DNA from: the human T2T-CHM13v2.0 reference genome, Homo sapiens
Direction: 5' to 3' (one strand)
DNA: 64,000 bases
Assembly (NCBI RefSeq): GCF_009914755.1
Contig: NC_060925.1
The notes beneath the pieces were generated by a model. The model had not been told where the DNA came from. It saw only the letters and a list, made by a program, of their open reading frames with translations, and did no database searches. The stretch's first letter is position 1. Each line of letters begins with the position of its first letter. The position numbers and the translations under genes are program-made. This document shows positions 32,825 to 48,240 of this stretch, in pieces.

Positions 32825-33040
32825 AAGGCCTAGGACATTACTGTACATGACTATAGACTTCATAAACACTTAGGCTACAGTAAATCTATGAAAACAGTAA
32901 AGTAATTACACTGTGAGATTACAAAATTTACAGTGCCACTAGGTGACAGGAATTTTTCAACTCCATTATAATCTTATCGGACCACCATCACATATGTGGT
33001 CTGTCTTTGATTTAACATGTGATTCTGTATTGCATGACCA
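32825..33040 (+). mobile_element. Tigger3 (TcMar) 3' fragment
   Basis: AGGAATTTTTCAACTCCATTATAATCTTATCGGACCACCATCACATATGTGGTC. Confidence 0.75.
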
Positions 33041-33242
33041 TATTTGCAGCAGCATGCACAGTACCTTGAATAGTGACTATCATGGTAGCAAACTCTCAAC
33101 AAGTTTTAAAATATTTTATGTACTATTTTTTCTACTTGACTGATCTGACCTATTTTGCTGCTATACACTTCCTGATACATTGAGGACCCTAAGACAAGGA
33201 TACATTTTTTTGAAAAACAAACAAACAAACAAAAAAATCTAT

Positions 33243-34524
33243 CAGGTTTGTCAAAGATCAGCCTGGGGAAAGAATTCCCTATTTAATAAATGGTGTTGGG
33301 AAAACTGGCTAGCCTTATGCAGAAAACTGAAATTGGACCCCTTCCTTACACCTTATACAAAAATTAATTCAAGATGGATTAAAGACTTAAACCTAAGACC
33401 TAAAACCATAAAAACCCTAGAAGAAAACCTAGGCTTTACCATTCAGGACATAGGCATGGGCAAAGACTTCATAACTAAAACATCACAAGCAATGGCAACA
33501 AAAGCCAAAATTGACAAATGGGATCTAACTAAACTAAAGAGCTTCTGCACAGCAAAAGAAACTATCATCAGAGTGAACAGGCAACCTACAGAATGGGAGA
33601 AAATTTTTGCAATCTATCCATCTGACAAAGGGCTAATATCCAGAATCTATAAGGAAATTAAGCACATTTACAAGAAAAAAAAAACCCATAAAAAAGAGGG
33701 TGAAGGATATGAACAGACACTTCCCCAAAGAAGCCATCTATGTGGTCAACAAACATATGAAAAAAAGCGTATCATCACTGGTCATTAGAGAAATGCAAAT
33801 CAAAACCACAATGAGATACCATCTCATGCCAGTTGGAAAGACAATCATTAAAAAGTCAGGAAGCAACAGATGCTGGAGAGGACGTGGAGAAATAGGAACA
33901 TTTTTACACTGTTGGTGGGAGTGTAAATTAGTTCAACCATTGTGGAAGACAGTGTAGCAATTCCTTAAGGGTTTAGAACCAGATATATCATTTGACCCAG
34001 CAATCCCATTATGGGGTATATACCCAAAGGATTATAAATCATTCTACTATAAAGACACATGCACACGTGTATTTATTGCAGCACTATTCACAATAGCAAA
34101 GACTTGGAATCAACCCAAATGCCCATCAACGATAGACTGGATAGAGAAAATGTGGCACATATACACCATGGAATACTATGCAGCTGTAAAAAAGGATAAG
34201 TTCATGTCCTTTGCAGGGACATGGATGAAGCTGGAAACCATCATTCTCAGCAAACTAACACAGGAACAGAAAATCAAACACCACATGCTCTCACTCACAG
34301 GTGGGAGTTGAACAATGAGAACACATGGACACAGGGAGGGGAACATCACACACCGGGGCCTGCTGGGGAATGGGAGGACTAGGGGAGGGATAGCATTAGG
34401 AGACATACCTAATGTAGATGATGGGTTAATGGGTGTGGCAAACCGCCATGGCATGTGTATACCTATGTAACAAACCTGCACGTTCTGCACATGTATCCCA
34501 GAACTGAAAGTATTAAAAAAAAAA
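33243..34524 (+). mobile_element. 5'-truncated L1PA (PA7/PA8-like) with a 19-bp 5' inversion
   Basis: ORF 33180-33788 gives the ORF2p C-terminus ([43 protein letters not shown]). 3'UTR and polyA present. 12-bp TSD AAAAAAATCTAT. Confidence 0.95.
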
Positions 34525-35369
34525 TCTATGTAAAGAGGCAGACAAAAAGAAAGGCAGGAAATTTTTATTTATAGAGTGCCTATGAGGAACAATGCATCAT
34601 GCTGGGTATTTTCAATATTCTACTTCTTTTAGGATACGTCAAATGAAATCTGCAATACCTTTGGTCTCTTTTGTCTAGACTCAACTGAGAAAGTGTTTAG
34701 AGATATATCTGACCAAAGGAATCAAGAGGGGAATGAAATCAACCTTTCTGTGGTGGCTGCTTGTCCAACTTTTCTCCTACAGGGTTAATTTTTGTGCCTT
34801 CACCTGGCTGTAATTCCTACATACCCAAGGTCGCTATAAATAATGAAATATTTAAATCTAGTCAGCCTCAGAATGGTGTTCTGGACACGACCTCGCAATG
34901 AGTTTAACTGCTCAGCTCTGGTTAAGTAAAGATTACGCTTAAGCCTTAATTCAATTTCTGATAGCTAAATGTAGACACACAGGAAACAGGAAATAAATTC
35001 ATACCACACATGCCTCAGTGACTTTGTCTTGGGGTGATCCCTCAGACTGGGCCTCACTTGCTGGGGCTCCATCTGTGTCTCCTATAGGCCCAAGCTATCC
35101 AAATGGTGTTTCAGGAACAGGCACAGATGTGCTGAGCTCTTGGGACTGCCAGGTGGGCCCTGGAGCAGCTGAAGTCGCAGAATCAGCTGCTCCCCATCAG
35201 TAGCAGCCTTGTCAGCATACACTGGTGTGTCGCATAGAGCAGTCTATGTGGCACGAGACGTGAAGAAGTTGGAAAGCACGCTACAGTTTCTTATCACTGC
35301 TGATCTCCTTTCCCTGAGGAATACTTTCCATGAAGTCCTGGTCCTTGACTAAGTCCCAGACTTAGTCCT

Positions 35370-35506
35370 TTATTTTTATTTTTGATAGTTGGATTGCAGT
35401 GGTGTGATCATAGCTTACTGCAGCTGCCAACTCCTGGGCTCAAGTAGTCCTCCTGCCTTGGCCTCCTCAAGCTTTGGGATTATAGGTGTAAACCACCGCA
35501 CCCAGC
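35370..35506 (-). mobile_element. FLAM/AluJ monomer
   Basis: GTGGTGTGATCATAGCTTACTGCAGC...CTCCTGGGCTCAAG...CACCGCACCCAGCC. TSD-like CTTAGTCCTT. Confidence 0.8.
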
Positions 35507-35921
35507 CTTAGTCCTTGACTGTTTGAGGGTGTCAAAGAGAGATCCAATCTGGTAACTTTGTGTGAAGAAATTGGTCTGGGAAAGGCAAGTAAGAAAGAAG
35601 TCCTGTGTGGTACCATATTAAAGATAACTTTTGGCTAAAGGTTGATTAAACCAGAGAAAATATTTTCATTTATGATTGCCAAAATTTTCTGTGACATATG
35701 CACCAGGAAAGAAAATCAGTTCTCTAAACATTTTTTCCTTAATATATACAAATGCTGCTATGAAAACTGTTAACTGCCTTGTCTTCTGTTTCCTCACCTG
35801 TGATAGCTATTGAACTATATGGCCATTCTGGTTATTTCTAATTCTAAAACTCCATGAATCCACATGAAAATGTAAAAATATTGTCTGTATACTAAAAATT
35901 TATGTAGAAAAATAGTTTTTT

Positions 35922-37045
35922 TTACCTAAAACTCTAAGAACCTTGGAAAATAACCTAGGAAATACCATTTGGAACATATGACCTGGCAAATATTTCATGA
36001 CAAAAGCAACAGCAACAAAAACAAAAATTGACAAAGGGAACTTAATTAAACTAAAGAGCTTCTGCACAGCCATGAAAACTATCAACAGAGTAAACAGACA
36101 ACCTACAGAACAGGAGAAAATATTCACAAACTATGCATCTGACAAAGGCCTAATATCCAGAATCTATAATGAATTTAAACAAATTAACAAACAAAAAACA
36201 AAAAACCCCAATTAAAAAATGGGCAAAGGATATGAACACTTTTCAAAAGATGACATATATGTTGCCAACAGGCATATAAAAGTGCTCAACTTCACTAATC
36301 ATTAGAGATATACAAATCAAAACCACAGTGAGATACCGTCTCACACTAGTCAGAATGGCTATTATCAAAAAGTCAAAAAAGAACAGATGCTGGTGAGGTT
36401 GCAGAGAAAACGGAATGCTTATACACTGCTGGTGGGAATGTAAATGAGTTTAGCCATTGTGGAAAACAGTCTGGCCATTTCTCAAAGAACTCAAAGCAGA
36501 ATTACCATTCAAGTCAGTAATCTCATTATTGGGTATATACCTAAAGGAACATAAATTATTCTACCCTAAAGACACATGCATGCATATGTTCATTGCAGCA
36601 CTATTCATGATATCAAAGACATGGAATCAACCTAAATGCCCATCAATGATAGACTGGATAAAGAAAATGTGGTACATATACACTATGGAATACTACGCAG
36701 CCATAAAAAAGAAAGAGATTATGTTCTTTGCAACATGGAGGAGCTAGAGGCCATTATCCTAAGTGAAGTAACTCAGGAACAGAAAACCAAATAACACATG
36801 TTCTCACTTATCAGTGGGAGCTAGACATTGGGTACATATGAACACAAAGAAGGGAGAAACAGACGCTGGGGCCTACTTGAGGGTGGAGTTGGGGAGGAGG
36901 GTGAAGATCGAAAAACTACCTATCAGTTACTATGCTTATTAACTAGTGGCAATATAATCTGTATACAAAGTCTCCATGACATGCAATTTGCCTGTATAAC
37001 AAACCCGCATGTGTACCCCTGAACCTAAAATGAAAGTTAAAGAAA
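35922..37045 (+). mobile_element. 5'-truncated older L1PA/L1PB
   Basis: ORFs 35997-36215 and 36457-36747 encode the ORF2p C-terminus ([33 protein letters not shown]). 3'UTR ends GAACCTAAAATGAAAGTT. Confidence 0.92.
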
Positions 37046-37908
37046 GAATGGTTTTTAAGTGACACTAGGGTCTTTGAATTGATTGTATTGAATTGGGACA
37101 AATGATAACCTAGGAGGAAATAGTGGCTTTCTGCTTACCTGCAGTGAAGTGATCATTATGAAAAGCATTAATATTTTCCGGTAATTTCCTTCTTGAACAA
37201 TTGTGAGAAATTAAGGGTTCATTTTAATCATTCAGCACCTTGTTTATTACATTATTCATTTGTATTTAGCATCTAAATTAAATGCATGCATTATCACAGG
37301 TAAGTGCATTTGTTTTACATCTTGTATGATATACTGTGATATTCGCATTTATAAAACATAAATAGCGATGACACACGTGTTCATTTTCTCCAGCTCAGAA
37401 AGGAGCTGGAGCAAATGAAATGGGATCTCAGTGCACAGCCTCGTCTGCTGCCTGCCTGCCTGTAGCAAGACCACCTGCAAAATTGGGAGCCATCATTACT
37501 GAGAAGCTTACGGCTGAGTTTAATAAGATTGGCAAGAGCTTATGAGCTTCTGGGAAGGAAACATCCACAGGCAAAAGCCAGACCTTCTCTTCTCACTGGC
37601 CAGCATGAAGGATCACAGGGCACTCCATTTAATACAACTGGAAAGGGAGTTCAAGCACTCTGATTTCTTAAGTCTCTGCTCACCATTGCAGGGACATCTC
37701 CTTCCAGGCCCTCTTCAGATTCACTAGATACTAAATCTGAGATGATGGGCGCTTCATTTATTTTCCCAACAACTGTTCAACTGGCATGTGTTATGTGCTA
37801 CGTGCACAGTGATGAGAAAGACAGGGCCCTCTGCTGTAGAACCTCATGGTCAAGTCAAATAGGAGGGGGGGTGGGATCCAGCTGAAAATGCAAATTAAAG
37901 TAGTCTCT

Positions 37909-38254
37909 TGATATGGTTTGGCTCTGTGTCCCCATCCAAATCTCATCTTAAACTGTACTCCCATAATTCCCACGTGTTGTGGGAGGGACCCAGCAGGAGA
38001 CAATTGAATCATGGGGGCAGTTCTCCATACTGTTCTCATGGTAGTGAATAACTCTCACAAGATCTGATGGTTTGATAAGGGGAAACCCGTTTCACTTGGC
38101 TTTCATTCTCTCTTGCAGCCACCATGCCACCTTCCACCATGATTTTGAGGCCTCCCCAGACACGTGGACCTGTAAGTACAATAAACCTCTTTCTTTTGTA
38201 ACCTGCCCAGTCTCAGGTATGTCTTTACCAGCAGGGTGAAAACAGACTAATATG
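37909..38254 (+). mobile_element. THE1 (C/D-like) solo LTR (MaLR)
   Basis: TGATATGGTTTGGCTCTGTGTCCCCATCCAAATCTC...AACAGACTAATA. Confidence 0.9.
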
Positions 38255-38794
38255 CTCCTCAAGTCCAGGTTCTGTCATTAGGACATTGTCATCTACGAAA
38301 ATGGAGAATCAGTGGAAATTGACAGCAAAGGAGGGATGTATTAAAAGCGGATAACTAGGAATGACTGGTTTGCAGGGCCTTAGCTTCCATCTACCGCAGT
38401 TTTTTCTCTTTTTCTGTGCCTGGAGTGCAAACAAAGCTGAATAGGGGGTGAGGGAAAAGGTGGGTGTGTAACTTACTGCAGAGGCATAAAATCATAACAA
38501 TGGCATAAAAGGACGGAGGATAGAGGGCGGCTGCTACTGCCTGGCTTGCCTCCTTGTTAATGTAAATCTGAGGTGATGGATTAGGCAGGGTGTATATGGT
38601 TTACATCGAGCTCTGAAAGTGTGCACAGTTCAGGCAGCCGCACATTCCAAAAATCAATCTCAGTAAATCGGAGAAATAAACATCTGTAAGAGAAATTACA
38701 AACCAAGCTATGCTCCTTCAGGGCCGGTGCTGGGCAGTCCGTGGGAAATCTCCCAGGTTCATCTGTTGAGGTCATTGGGATGCTCCTCCCCTAA

Positions 38795-39317
<523 letters not shown>

Positions 39318-39769
39318 CATCGTTGTTGTTTTTCTAATTCAGTTGCTTTAGAAGGGTTTTCTCAGGAGTTTACTCTTTTAAGGCATCATCTGGTCGTGTG
39401 CAATGGAGAGAGGCAATCCTCCTACTAAAAGGAAAGAAAAACATTTGTAACACACTGGATTTCCCGTAGCCAGTGGATGTCAGATGGAAGGAGCCTTGGG
39501 TTTTGTCACCACCCCAGTTGTCCCCCGATGGATAAAATCTGTGGTCAGGAATATTATCCCAACAGTGAGACACTATTGCTTGCTAAAAAGAGTATTTCAC
39601 CAAAACCAAAATACTTTTGCATAATGTTTTATTCTTATCTAAGCATGTGTATATCTGGAGTAATCAACTTACCGTTCTGAGCATCAGAAAGAAAAGGTAT
39701 TTTATAGAGAAGAAAACTGAAGTTGTGATTTTTCCCAGGGGATGCTATATGGTTGTATATGCATACATA

Positions 39770-39905
39770 TTTAATTGTGATAATATATACATAACAAAAT
39801 CTAGCATTTTCATCATTTTGAAGTGCATAGTTCAGTGGCATTAAGTACATTCACACTGTTGTACAACTGTGACCACTACCCATCTCCAGAACTTTTTCAT
39901 CATCC
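39770..39905 (-). mobile_element. L1MB 3' end
   Basis: AGTTCAGTGGCATTAAGTACATTCACACTGTTGTACAAC...CCAGAACTTTTTCATCATCCC. Confidence 0.75.
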
Positions 39906-39907
39906 CC

Positions 39908-40298
39908 ATCATTTGTTTTGCATTGCTATAAACGAATACCAGAGGCTGGGTAATTTATAAAGAAAAGAAGTTCATTTGGCCCACATTTCTGCAGACTGTA
40001 CAAGCAAAGCACCAGCATTTGCTTCTGGTGAGGCCTCAGAAGCTTTTACTCATGGCAGAAGACAAAGGGGAAATAGGCATGTCATGTGGCAAGAGAGGGA
40101 GACAGAGAGAGAGGGGGAAGGTGCCAGGCTCTTTTAACAACCAGATCTTGTGTGAACTCATAACCACAGAGAGGGCACCACGCTATTCATGAGGGATCCA
40201 CCCCCATGACCCACAAACCTCCCACCAGGCCCCACCTCTAACACTGTGGGTCACATTTCAACATGTGATTTGGAAGGGACAAATATCCAAACCATATG
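39908..40298 (-). mobile_element. MST (MSTA/B) LTR
   Basis: CATTGCTATAAACGAATACCAGAGGCTGGGTAATTTATAAAGAAAAG...ACAAATATCCAAACCATA. Confidence 0.85.
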
Positions 40299-40651
40299 AA
40301 TCCCCAACAATTGTTTCCATTGTTTCACAAATATGATCCACAAATAAAAATGAGATTCCATAGTGGAATCTCAACCTGACCATCATTTTCAACAATTCAG
40401 GTGCCCAAAGAGTCTTGCCGCCTTTATGCAGGAAGAAAGTGATCATAAAAATGTCTTACCTGAAATTTGGCATTGAGCTCCCGCAACTGCTTCACACTGT
40501 GTCCTCCTCTCTCCTCTACCACCCTCTCCAAGAGTGATGGGAAGCAGTAGGGTGCTAAAGAGTTAAAACAAGGAGTGTTGAGATAGGGAAGCAAGAGAGG
40601 TATTAAGGAAAGTGGCACCAGACTGGCTTCCTCTGAGTTCCGGGGCTTTGG

Positions 40652-41642
40652 CACAGCCACTGTGGAAAACAGTATGGCAGTTCCTCAAAAAGTTCAACAG
40701 CATTTCTATGTGATTCTGCAATTCAATTTCTGGGCATGTATTCAAAGGAATCAAAAGCAGGAACTTGAAGAGATATCTGTATACCGATATTCACAGCAGC
40801 ATTATTCACAATAGCCAAAAGGTGGAAGCAGCCCAAGTGTCCACTGACAGGTGAATGGATAAACAAAATGTGGTCTATACATGCAAAGAAATACTATTCA
40901 GTGTATCAGTCCATTCTCATGTTGCTAATAAAGACATACCCAAGACTGGGTAATTTATAAAGGAAAGAGGTTTAATTGACTCACAGTTTAGCATGGCTGG
41001 GGAGGCCTCAGGAAACTTACAATCATGGTGGAAGGGGAAGCAAACACGTCCTTCTTTGCATGGCAGCAGCAAGAAGTGCCGAGCAAAAGGGGGAAAAGCC
41101 CCTTATAAAACCATCAGATATTTTGAGAACTCACTCACTATCATGAGAACAGCAGCAGCATGAGATTCAATTACCTCCCACCGGGTCCCTCCCATGACAC
41201 GTGGGGATTATGGGAACCACAATTCAAGATGAGATTTGGGTGGGGACACAGCTAAGCCACATCATTCAGCCTTAAAAAGGAGGGAGATTCTGGCACATGG
41301 ATGAACCTGAAAGATGTTATGCTAAGTGAATAAGCCAGATGTAAAAGAACAAGTATTGTATGATCCCACTTATTTGAAGTACCAAGAATAGGCAAATTCA
41401 TAAAGATAGAAAGTGGAATCGTGGTTTCCAGGGGCTGTGTGGGGGTAGGAAGTTTAAGGGAATGGGGAGTTATTGTTTAATGAGTATAGAGTTTCTGTTT
41501 GGAATGATATAAAAGTTTTGGAGATGGACGGCAGTGATGTTTGCCCCACAAAGTGAATGTACTTAATGCCAATGAACTGTATACTTAAAAATCATTGAAA
41601 TGGTAGATTTTATGTTATGTACATATTGCCACAATTTTTAAA
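40652..41642 (+). mobile_element. L1MB 3' fragment, interrupted by THE1
   Basis: CAGCCACTGTGGAAAACAGTATGGCAGTTCCTCAAAAAGTT...GAATGTACTTAATGCCAATGAACTGTATAC. Confidence 0.85.
40902..41264 (-). mobile_element. THE1 (B/C-like) solo LTR
   Basis: TGTATCAGTCCATTCTC...GGGGACACAGCTAAGCCACATCA with a perfect 5-bp TSD TTCAG. Confidence 0.92.
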
Positions 41643-42599
41643 ATTGTTGGACCATGAACTAAGATCAAATTGACATAGTTCTGGGGAGAACAAGTTATCC
41701 CAAGGTGGCTGCTGTCAGGTTCTACTGCATATTTGTTGCAACTACCATATAAGATTGTGGTTATGTAAATAATGTACACAAAGCACTTAAAACAGTGGCT
41801 GGCACATGGTCAGCATTTGATAAATGTCACATTGTTATATCATAATTCTGGGGCCTGTATTAATATTTTTACTTAGTGAACTATATTTAATTCTTTGTAC
41901 ATAAACTCCCATTTCAAAATAAACTGCCTTTTTAAAAATAAATTGCCCTTTTAATAAAAATAAACATGGTTGTTACATGCAATGTAGAAAATCTAGATAA
42001 GCAAAAAAGATAAAGTAGAAGTCATCCACAATCTTATTGACCAATCGTAGTCATTATAATATTTTGGTATAAACTCTGAAGTCTCTCTTCTCTGTATGTA
42101 TTTGGGAAATAGAATTATATAGTACATATTACTTTACGACTTATCTTTTTCAGTTAGGTCATTCATTCAACAATTATTTATTGAGCAGTTACTATGTGTC
42201 AGCTTTTCTAGGCAGGAAGAACAGCAAATAAATGGCCCTGAGGCAGACATTTATACTGTGACTCTCTCTCCATGTAGTTATGCATTTAGAAGCTTTTCCT
42301 GTTTTATCCCTTTAGTGTCAACATTTTATTCTGCTGTATAGATACAGCATAATTTATTTAACTAATTTCTTATTTGGGGACATCCAAGTTGTTTCCAGTT
42401 TTTTCTTGTCTCAAACAATATGGCAATGAGATTCTTATTTACAAATCTTTGGTCACACCACTCTTTCACTACTGTTTACTTAGTGACTAGCGGAATGTCT
42501 GTCAGCGCTCCCTCAATGTTTGTTGAGTAAGTAAATAACTCTATAATTATTACTTTAAGATAATACTAGAAGTGGAACTGCTAATTCAAATAAAAGCTA

Positions 42600-42820
42600 A
42601 TGCTTAATATAGTACCTTGAAGTCTAGCCCTGTTCCAAAAGCTTTACAAATATCAATTCACTTAATCTTCATGATAACTTTTTGAAATATGTGCTATTAG
42701 AATACCTATTGTATAAGTGAGGAAACAGGCACAAAGTAGATTGAGTAACTTGGTCAAGGTCACACAGCTAATATGTGGTAGGATGAGCTTTGGAGCTTGT
42801 GTTCTCAACCACTGCTCAGT
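42600..42820 (-). mobile_element. MIR
   Basis: ATAAGTGAGGAAACAGGCACAAAG...AACTTGGTCAAGGTCACACAGCTAAT. Confidence 0.75.
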
Positions 42821-42854
42821 GAATCAAATAATGTATCAGTGGTAAGTCTTGTGG

Positions 42855-43217
42855 TGTCATGAACTGGATGTGTTTCTCCCAAATTCCTATGTTGAAGCCC
42901 TTTCTAGAATGTGACTGAATTTAGAGATAGGGCCTGTGAGGAAGTGGTAAAGTTTAAGTGAGGTCAGAAGGGTGAGGTCCTACTCCAATAGGGCTTGTGC
43001 CCTTATACGAAGAGGAACAGACACCAGAGTTCTCTCTTCAATAAGTGAGGATGCAGGAAAAAGGTTGCCATCTGCAAGCCAGGAGGTTGCCCTCACTAGA
43101 ACCCAAGCATGCTGGCATCCTGATCTCAGACTTCACAGCCTCCAAACTGTGAGAAAATAAATCTCTATTGTTGAAGTCTGTGGTATTTTGTTCTGGCAGC
43201 CTGAGTAGACTAATAAA
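42855..43217 (+). mobile_element. MLT1A/B solo LTR
   Basis: TGTCATGAACTGGATGTGTTTCTCCCAAATTCCTATGTTGAAGCCC...CAGCCTCCAAACTGTGAGAAAATAAAT...GACTAATA. Confidence 0.85.
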
Positions 43218-43289
43218 ACTAGTGTATTTCCAGATTCTCCTCATCAGGAATGTCATGTGTCACAACACTAATGGGAAATAATGTTTTCG

Positions 43290-43466
43290 CCTAAAAGTAG
43301 ATCTACCATTCTATCTAGCAATCCCACTAGTGGGTATTTACCCCAAGGAAAAAAATTATTATATCAAAAAGACTCTTGCACCCATGTGTTTATTGCAGCA
43401 CAATTCATAATTGCAAAGATATGGAACCAACCTATGTGCATATCAATTGATTAGTGGATTAAAAAG

Positions 43467-43500
<34 letters not shown>

Positions 43501-43915
43501 ATATATATATATCTATATATATATATATATATATACCATAAAATACTACGCAGCCATGAAAAAGAACAAAATAATGTCTTTTGCAGCAACTTGAATGGAA
43601 TTAGAGGACATTATTCTAGGTAAAGTAACTCAGGAATGGAAAAGCAAATACGACATGTTCTCACTTATAAGTAGGAGCTAAGCTATGGGTACACAAAGGC
43701 AGACAGAGTGGTATAATGGACATTGGAGACTCAGAGTGGGGAGGGTGGGAGAGGAGAGAGGCATGAAAAACTACCTGTTGGGGTACAATGTGCACTACTT
43801 GGGTCACAGGTATACTAAAATCCCAAACTTTACAACTATATAATTCATCCATGTAACCAAAAAACACATGCACCCCTAAGGCTATTGAAATAAAAACATT
43901 TAAAAGATTAAAAAA
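43290..43915 (+). mobile_element. L1PB/L1MA 3' fragment
   Basis: CTAAAAGTAGATCTACCATTCTATCTAGCAATCCCACTAGTGGG...CATCCATGTAACCAAAAAACAC. Confidence 0.88.
43468..43534 (+). repeat. (TG)n(TA)n compound microsatellite inside L1
   Basis: TGTGTG... run followed by ATATAT... runs. Confidence 0.9.
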
Positions 43916-44720
43916 TGTATATACATTGAAAAAAATTATATTTTCACTCACATAAGGTTTAATTGGCAGTAGAGAGGGCTCTGTTCCAGGTAGTCATTCA
44001 GGGACCCAGGCTTCTTTCACCTGCAGTTCTTCATCTCCAGGGCCCATCCAGAATCCTTCTTTGCATGTATTAATAGTTGCCACTTAGGAGGAAGAGAGTG
44101 AGGAGGCCAGGTTAGGGCTAAAAGTTGTATGCGTCTTTTCAACCTCATCCCCCTGCCTGAACTCCAGCATGTGGTCATGCCTATTGCCAGTAGAGACTGG
44201 GACATACAGATAAGCCGTGAACCCGTAAGATCTTGGAAAGAACTTAGTAGCCTAGGCCATGGTCCACTCTTCTGATCACTGTTATTCACTTTCCTTTTCC
44301 ACTTGGAAAAAATTTAACCTCCCCATGGGCAACGACAAAAAAGACCCCCACCCAATCACGGAAGTTCATGATCTCTGGATAATCAGCACTCCTCTCTGTC
44401 AGGCCCCTATGCTGCTTCTCATCATCCAACAGCCTACGAATTTAAAACACAGGTTATCTGCCTCCACCCTTCCCAATATACAATTGTGGGTCAGACATAA
44501 AATAACAATAACATTCCCATTCAGAAGAGGGAAGAATGGGAAACCGGGCAGCTACTTGTTCATAGCGATTTTGAAATTGTGCTAGACGGTCTTCCTAACC
44601 TGGGAGCAAGAAAAACTCCTTGATTAGAGCAGATTCTGTTCAATGGAAGGAATTCCTGTGTCTATTTTTCTTCATGGCAACATCTGAAATAGGTAATGAT
44701 GAGTTTGTGTTACGTGGGGT

Positions 44721-45929
<1,209 letters not shown>

Positions 45930-46424
45930 TAACTCTTATAATCTACTTGCTGCTCACACAAATTTGGAGACACAAGTATTGTTTTAATCTCAACAGATGA
46001 AAGGCCTCTATGGTCTTTTTGTTTCCATGGCAGAATAGTTCCCTTGAATATTTAATAGCTTCTGATGGTCTTCTTCCAGCTGGTCCCACACGTGGCAGCC
46101 TCACGGAGGGGCTCCCTGAGGCAGGACCCTCATGCCTGCCTTTTCCCTGTGCATCCTCACCACAGCTTCCCTCTTGCAAGTTGATGGTGACTGTCTATGA
46201 GCAACTTTAAAAAAAAAAAAAAAAAAGGCCTTTGACACGAGCCAAATCACTTTGTTTAACTGAGAAGGTTGACTAGACCTTTCCAGTCTTAACAATTGTT
46301 ATTTGGGGTCCTGAAGTCCTCAATTTTTCCACCTTCGAGGTCTTTTATTTGTGGACTTTCTCATTTTTTCTATCTCCTCTAAAAAGAAAAAACAGTCAGT
46401 TGTTGTCAGAGGTCATCTCTCTTG

Positions 46425-47100
46425 TGTGATCTGAGAGACCACAGTGAATACCACCTTGTCAACTAAGATGGATGCCATGGTTTAGAAGACAAAAGTTACC
46501 TGCAGGTCGAGGGTTCAGGGCCCGGCTGGTATGGCGTATTTCTAAATTTCTATGACTACAAGAAAAACCACACTCTCAATACATTCCCTAACAACAGGAG
46601 TTATCAGATCCCTCCTAACCCAGCTTTACAACCCAGGCCACTACAACTCTTGGCAGGGGACTGGCCTTACAAACACTCTTTTCTGATAAGCACCTGCAGA
46701 CTTCATGCCTGTTTCAGCAGCTTATAGAGGCTGCACAGTCTTTGTGTCCTACAGTTCAACTCTTGATGTAAAGGAGCCAAATTCCACTTCATTTTAATGC
46801 TAAAACCCTGCCCCAAAGTGAACATGGGATGTATATTACATTTATGTTTACCTATTGTGCATCAGCTTGGCTCCGCTCATAAATATATATAGCTTTTCCC
46901 CCAAACCTGCTGAATATGTATGACGGTATTGTGTAATACAGACCCTGTGAGGCATAAAAACCAACCTGCCCCTCCCCTCCTAAAAGAGAGAGCACCTCCA
47001 GTTCATACCAGAGATTCTGTCTTCCCAGCTTGTGAACTGATATGGCCGATAAAGCTCCTCTTTCTACTATTAAGCCATCCTGGTGGTCTTTTGGATGACA
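46425..47100 (+). mobile_element. MER39 solo LTR (ERV1)
   Basis: TGTGATCTGAGAGACC...CAACTAAGATGG...AAAAGTTACCTGCAGGTCGAGGGTTCAGGGCC...TTTTGGATGACA. Near-TSD CTTG/TTTG. Confidence 0.85.
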
Positions 47101-47779
47101 TTTGTATTACCTTATTAAAGGCATCTGTAGATTTAGTTGATCACTTTAGCTCCTACCACCACTTTTCCTGGAGCTATGGGCTTAGGAGGCCTTGAGGGGG
47201 TCTCCCTTCTAAGACATTCAAGGTAACAGGTTTGCCACTTATTTGCCATGACTTAACAGGGCTTTCTAGCCATCCAGCCTGCTCGATCTATTTCCCCACA
47301 CACCTGTCACCCAACCACTAAGCTACTGTCACATATTTAAGTGTTTTTTATGGCAGCACCTCACTTTAAGCCATCAATTTTTGAAAACCTCTGACGGCAG
47401 TGCTCGCAGCTGACATAACAGATAAACCTCCACTTTCAGTGGTTTAACACAAAAGAATTTTATTTCTTGTTCATGAAGAACAAATTGGTAATAGAGTGGT
47501 GAGGGGGGCTTGCTCTATTCAAACTTTTTCTATCATGGCTTCGTAGGGCCTTGCGGTCCTCTTCTGGGTCCTCTGCCACTGATCAACCAACAGAGAAGGA
47601 GGCGCAGAGGGTCCCATGCCTGGCATGTATGGGCAGGCCTAGAGTGGTGGGCTTCACTTCTACTCACATCCCTTTGGCCAAAACTCAGTTGCCTGGCCAC
47701 ATCTCTCTTAAAGCAAACCTGTGAAATGTAGTAGCTGAAAGCCCATTGAGGGACCCAGCAGCCCTGAGTCCCAAAGAGC

Positions 47780-48240
47780 AATGCATGCAGAGTGGATTCA
47801 TTCTTCCCTCAAATCTTCACCAACATCAAGTACCATTTAAAATAAAATCTTTGATGCGTTAAAGTGGTATTTCATATGTTTCTATTTGCATTTTCTTTGA
47901 TTTCTTTATGAGCTTCAACATGTTTTCATCCATTTACTGGTCAGTTTTATGTCTTCATTTATGAGTTACTTGTTTCTGTTTTGTATTCCTTTTTCCACTA
48001 CGGAATTCTTATTTTATTAATCTATTTATAGGCAGGTTTTGTATATTAAAGATATTAAACTTTGCCTCTAGGAATAAGATTTTCTTTCAGTTCACTATTT
48101 TTTTTTTTCACAGAAACATTTAATTCTCTTGGAATTTATATTGGTACGTGATATAAAGTAGGGAATCTAATTTTTCCCCAAATGCTTAGGCTTTCTCTCC
48201 CAAATCTTAGCATCATTTATTGAAAAATTCATTTTGTCCT
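47780..48240 (-). mobile_element. L1ME-type fragment
   Basis: AAGTGGTATTTCATATGTTTCTATTTGCATTTTCTTTGATT...CATCATTTATTGAAAA. Confidence 0.6.

Noticed and set aside
33180-33957. 202-aa and 85-aa ORFs
   Set aside because: Frameshifted C-terminal fragments of L1 ORF2 in a 5'-truncated copy, not a gene.
35347-35367. Hairpin GACTAAGTC-CCA-GACTTAGTC beside a FLAM insertion
   Set aside because: Short and overlaps the target-site duplication, with no independent evidence of function.
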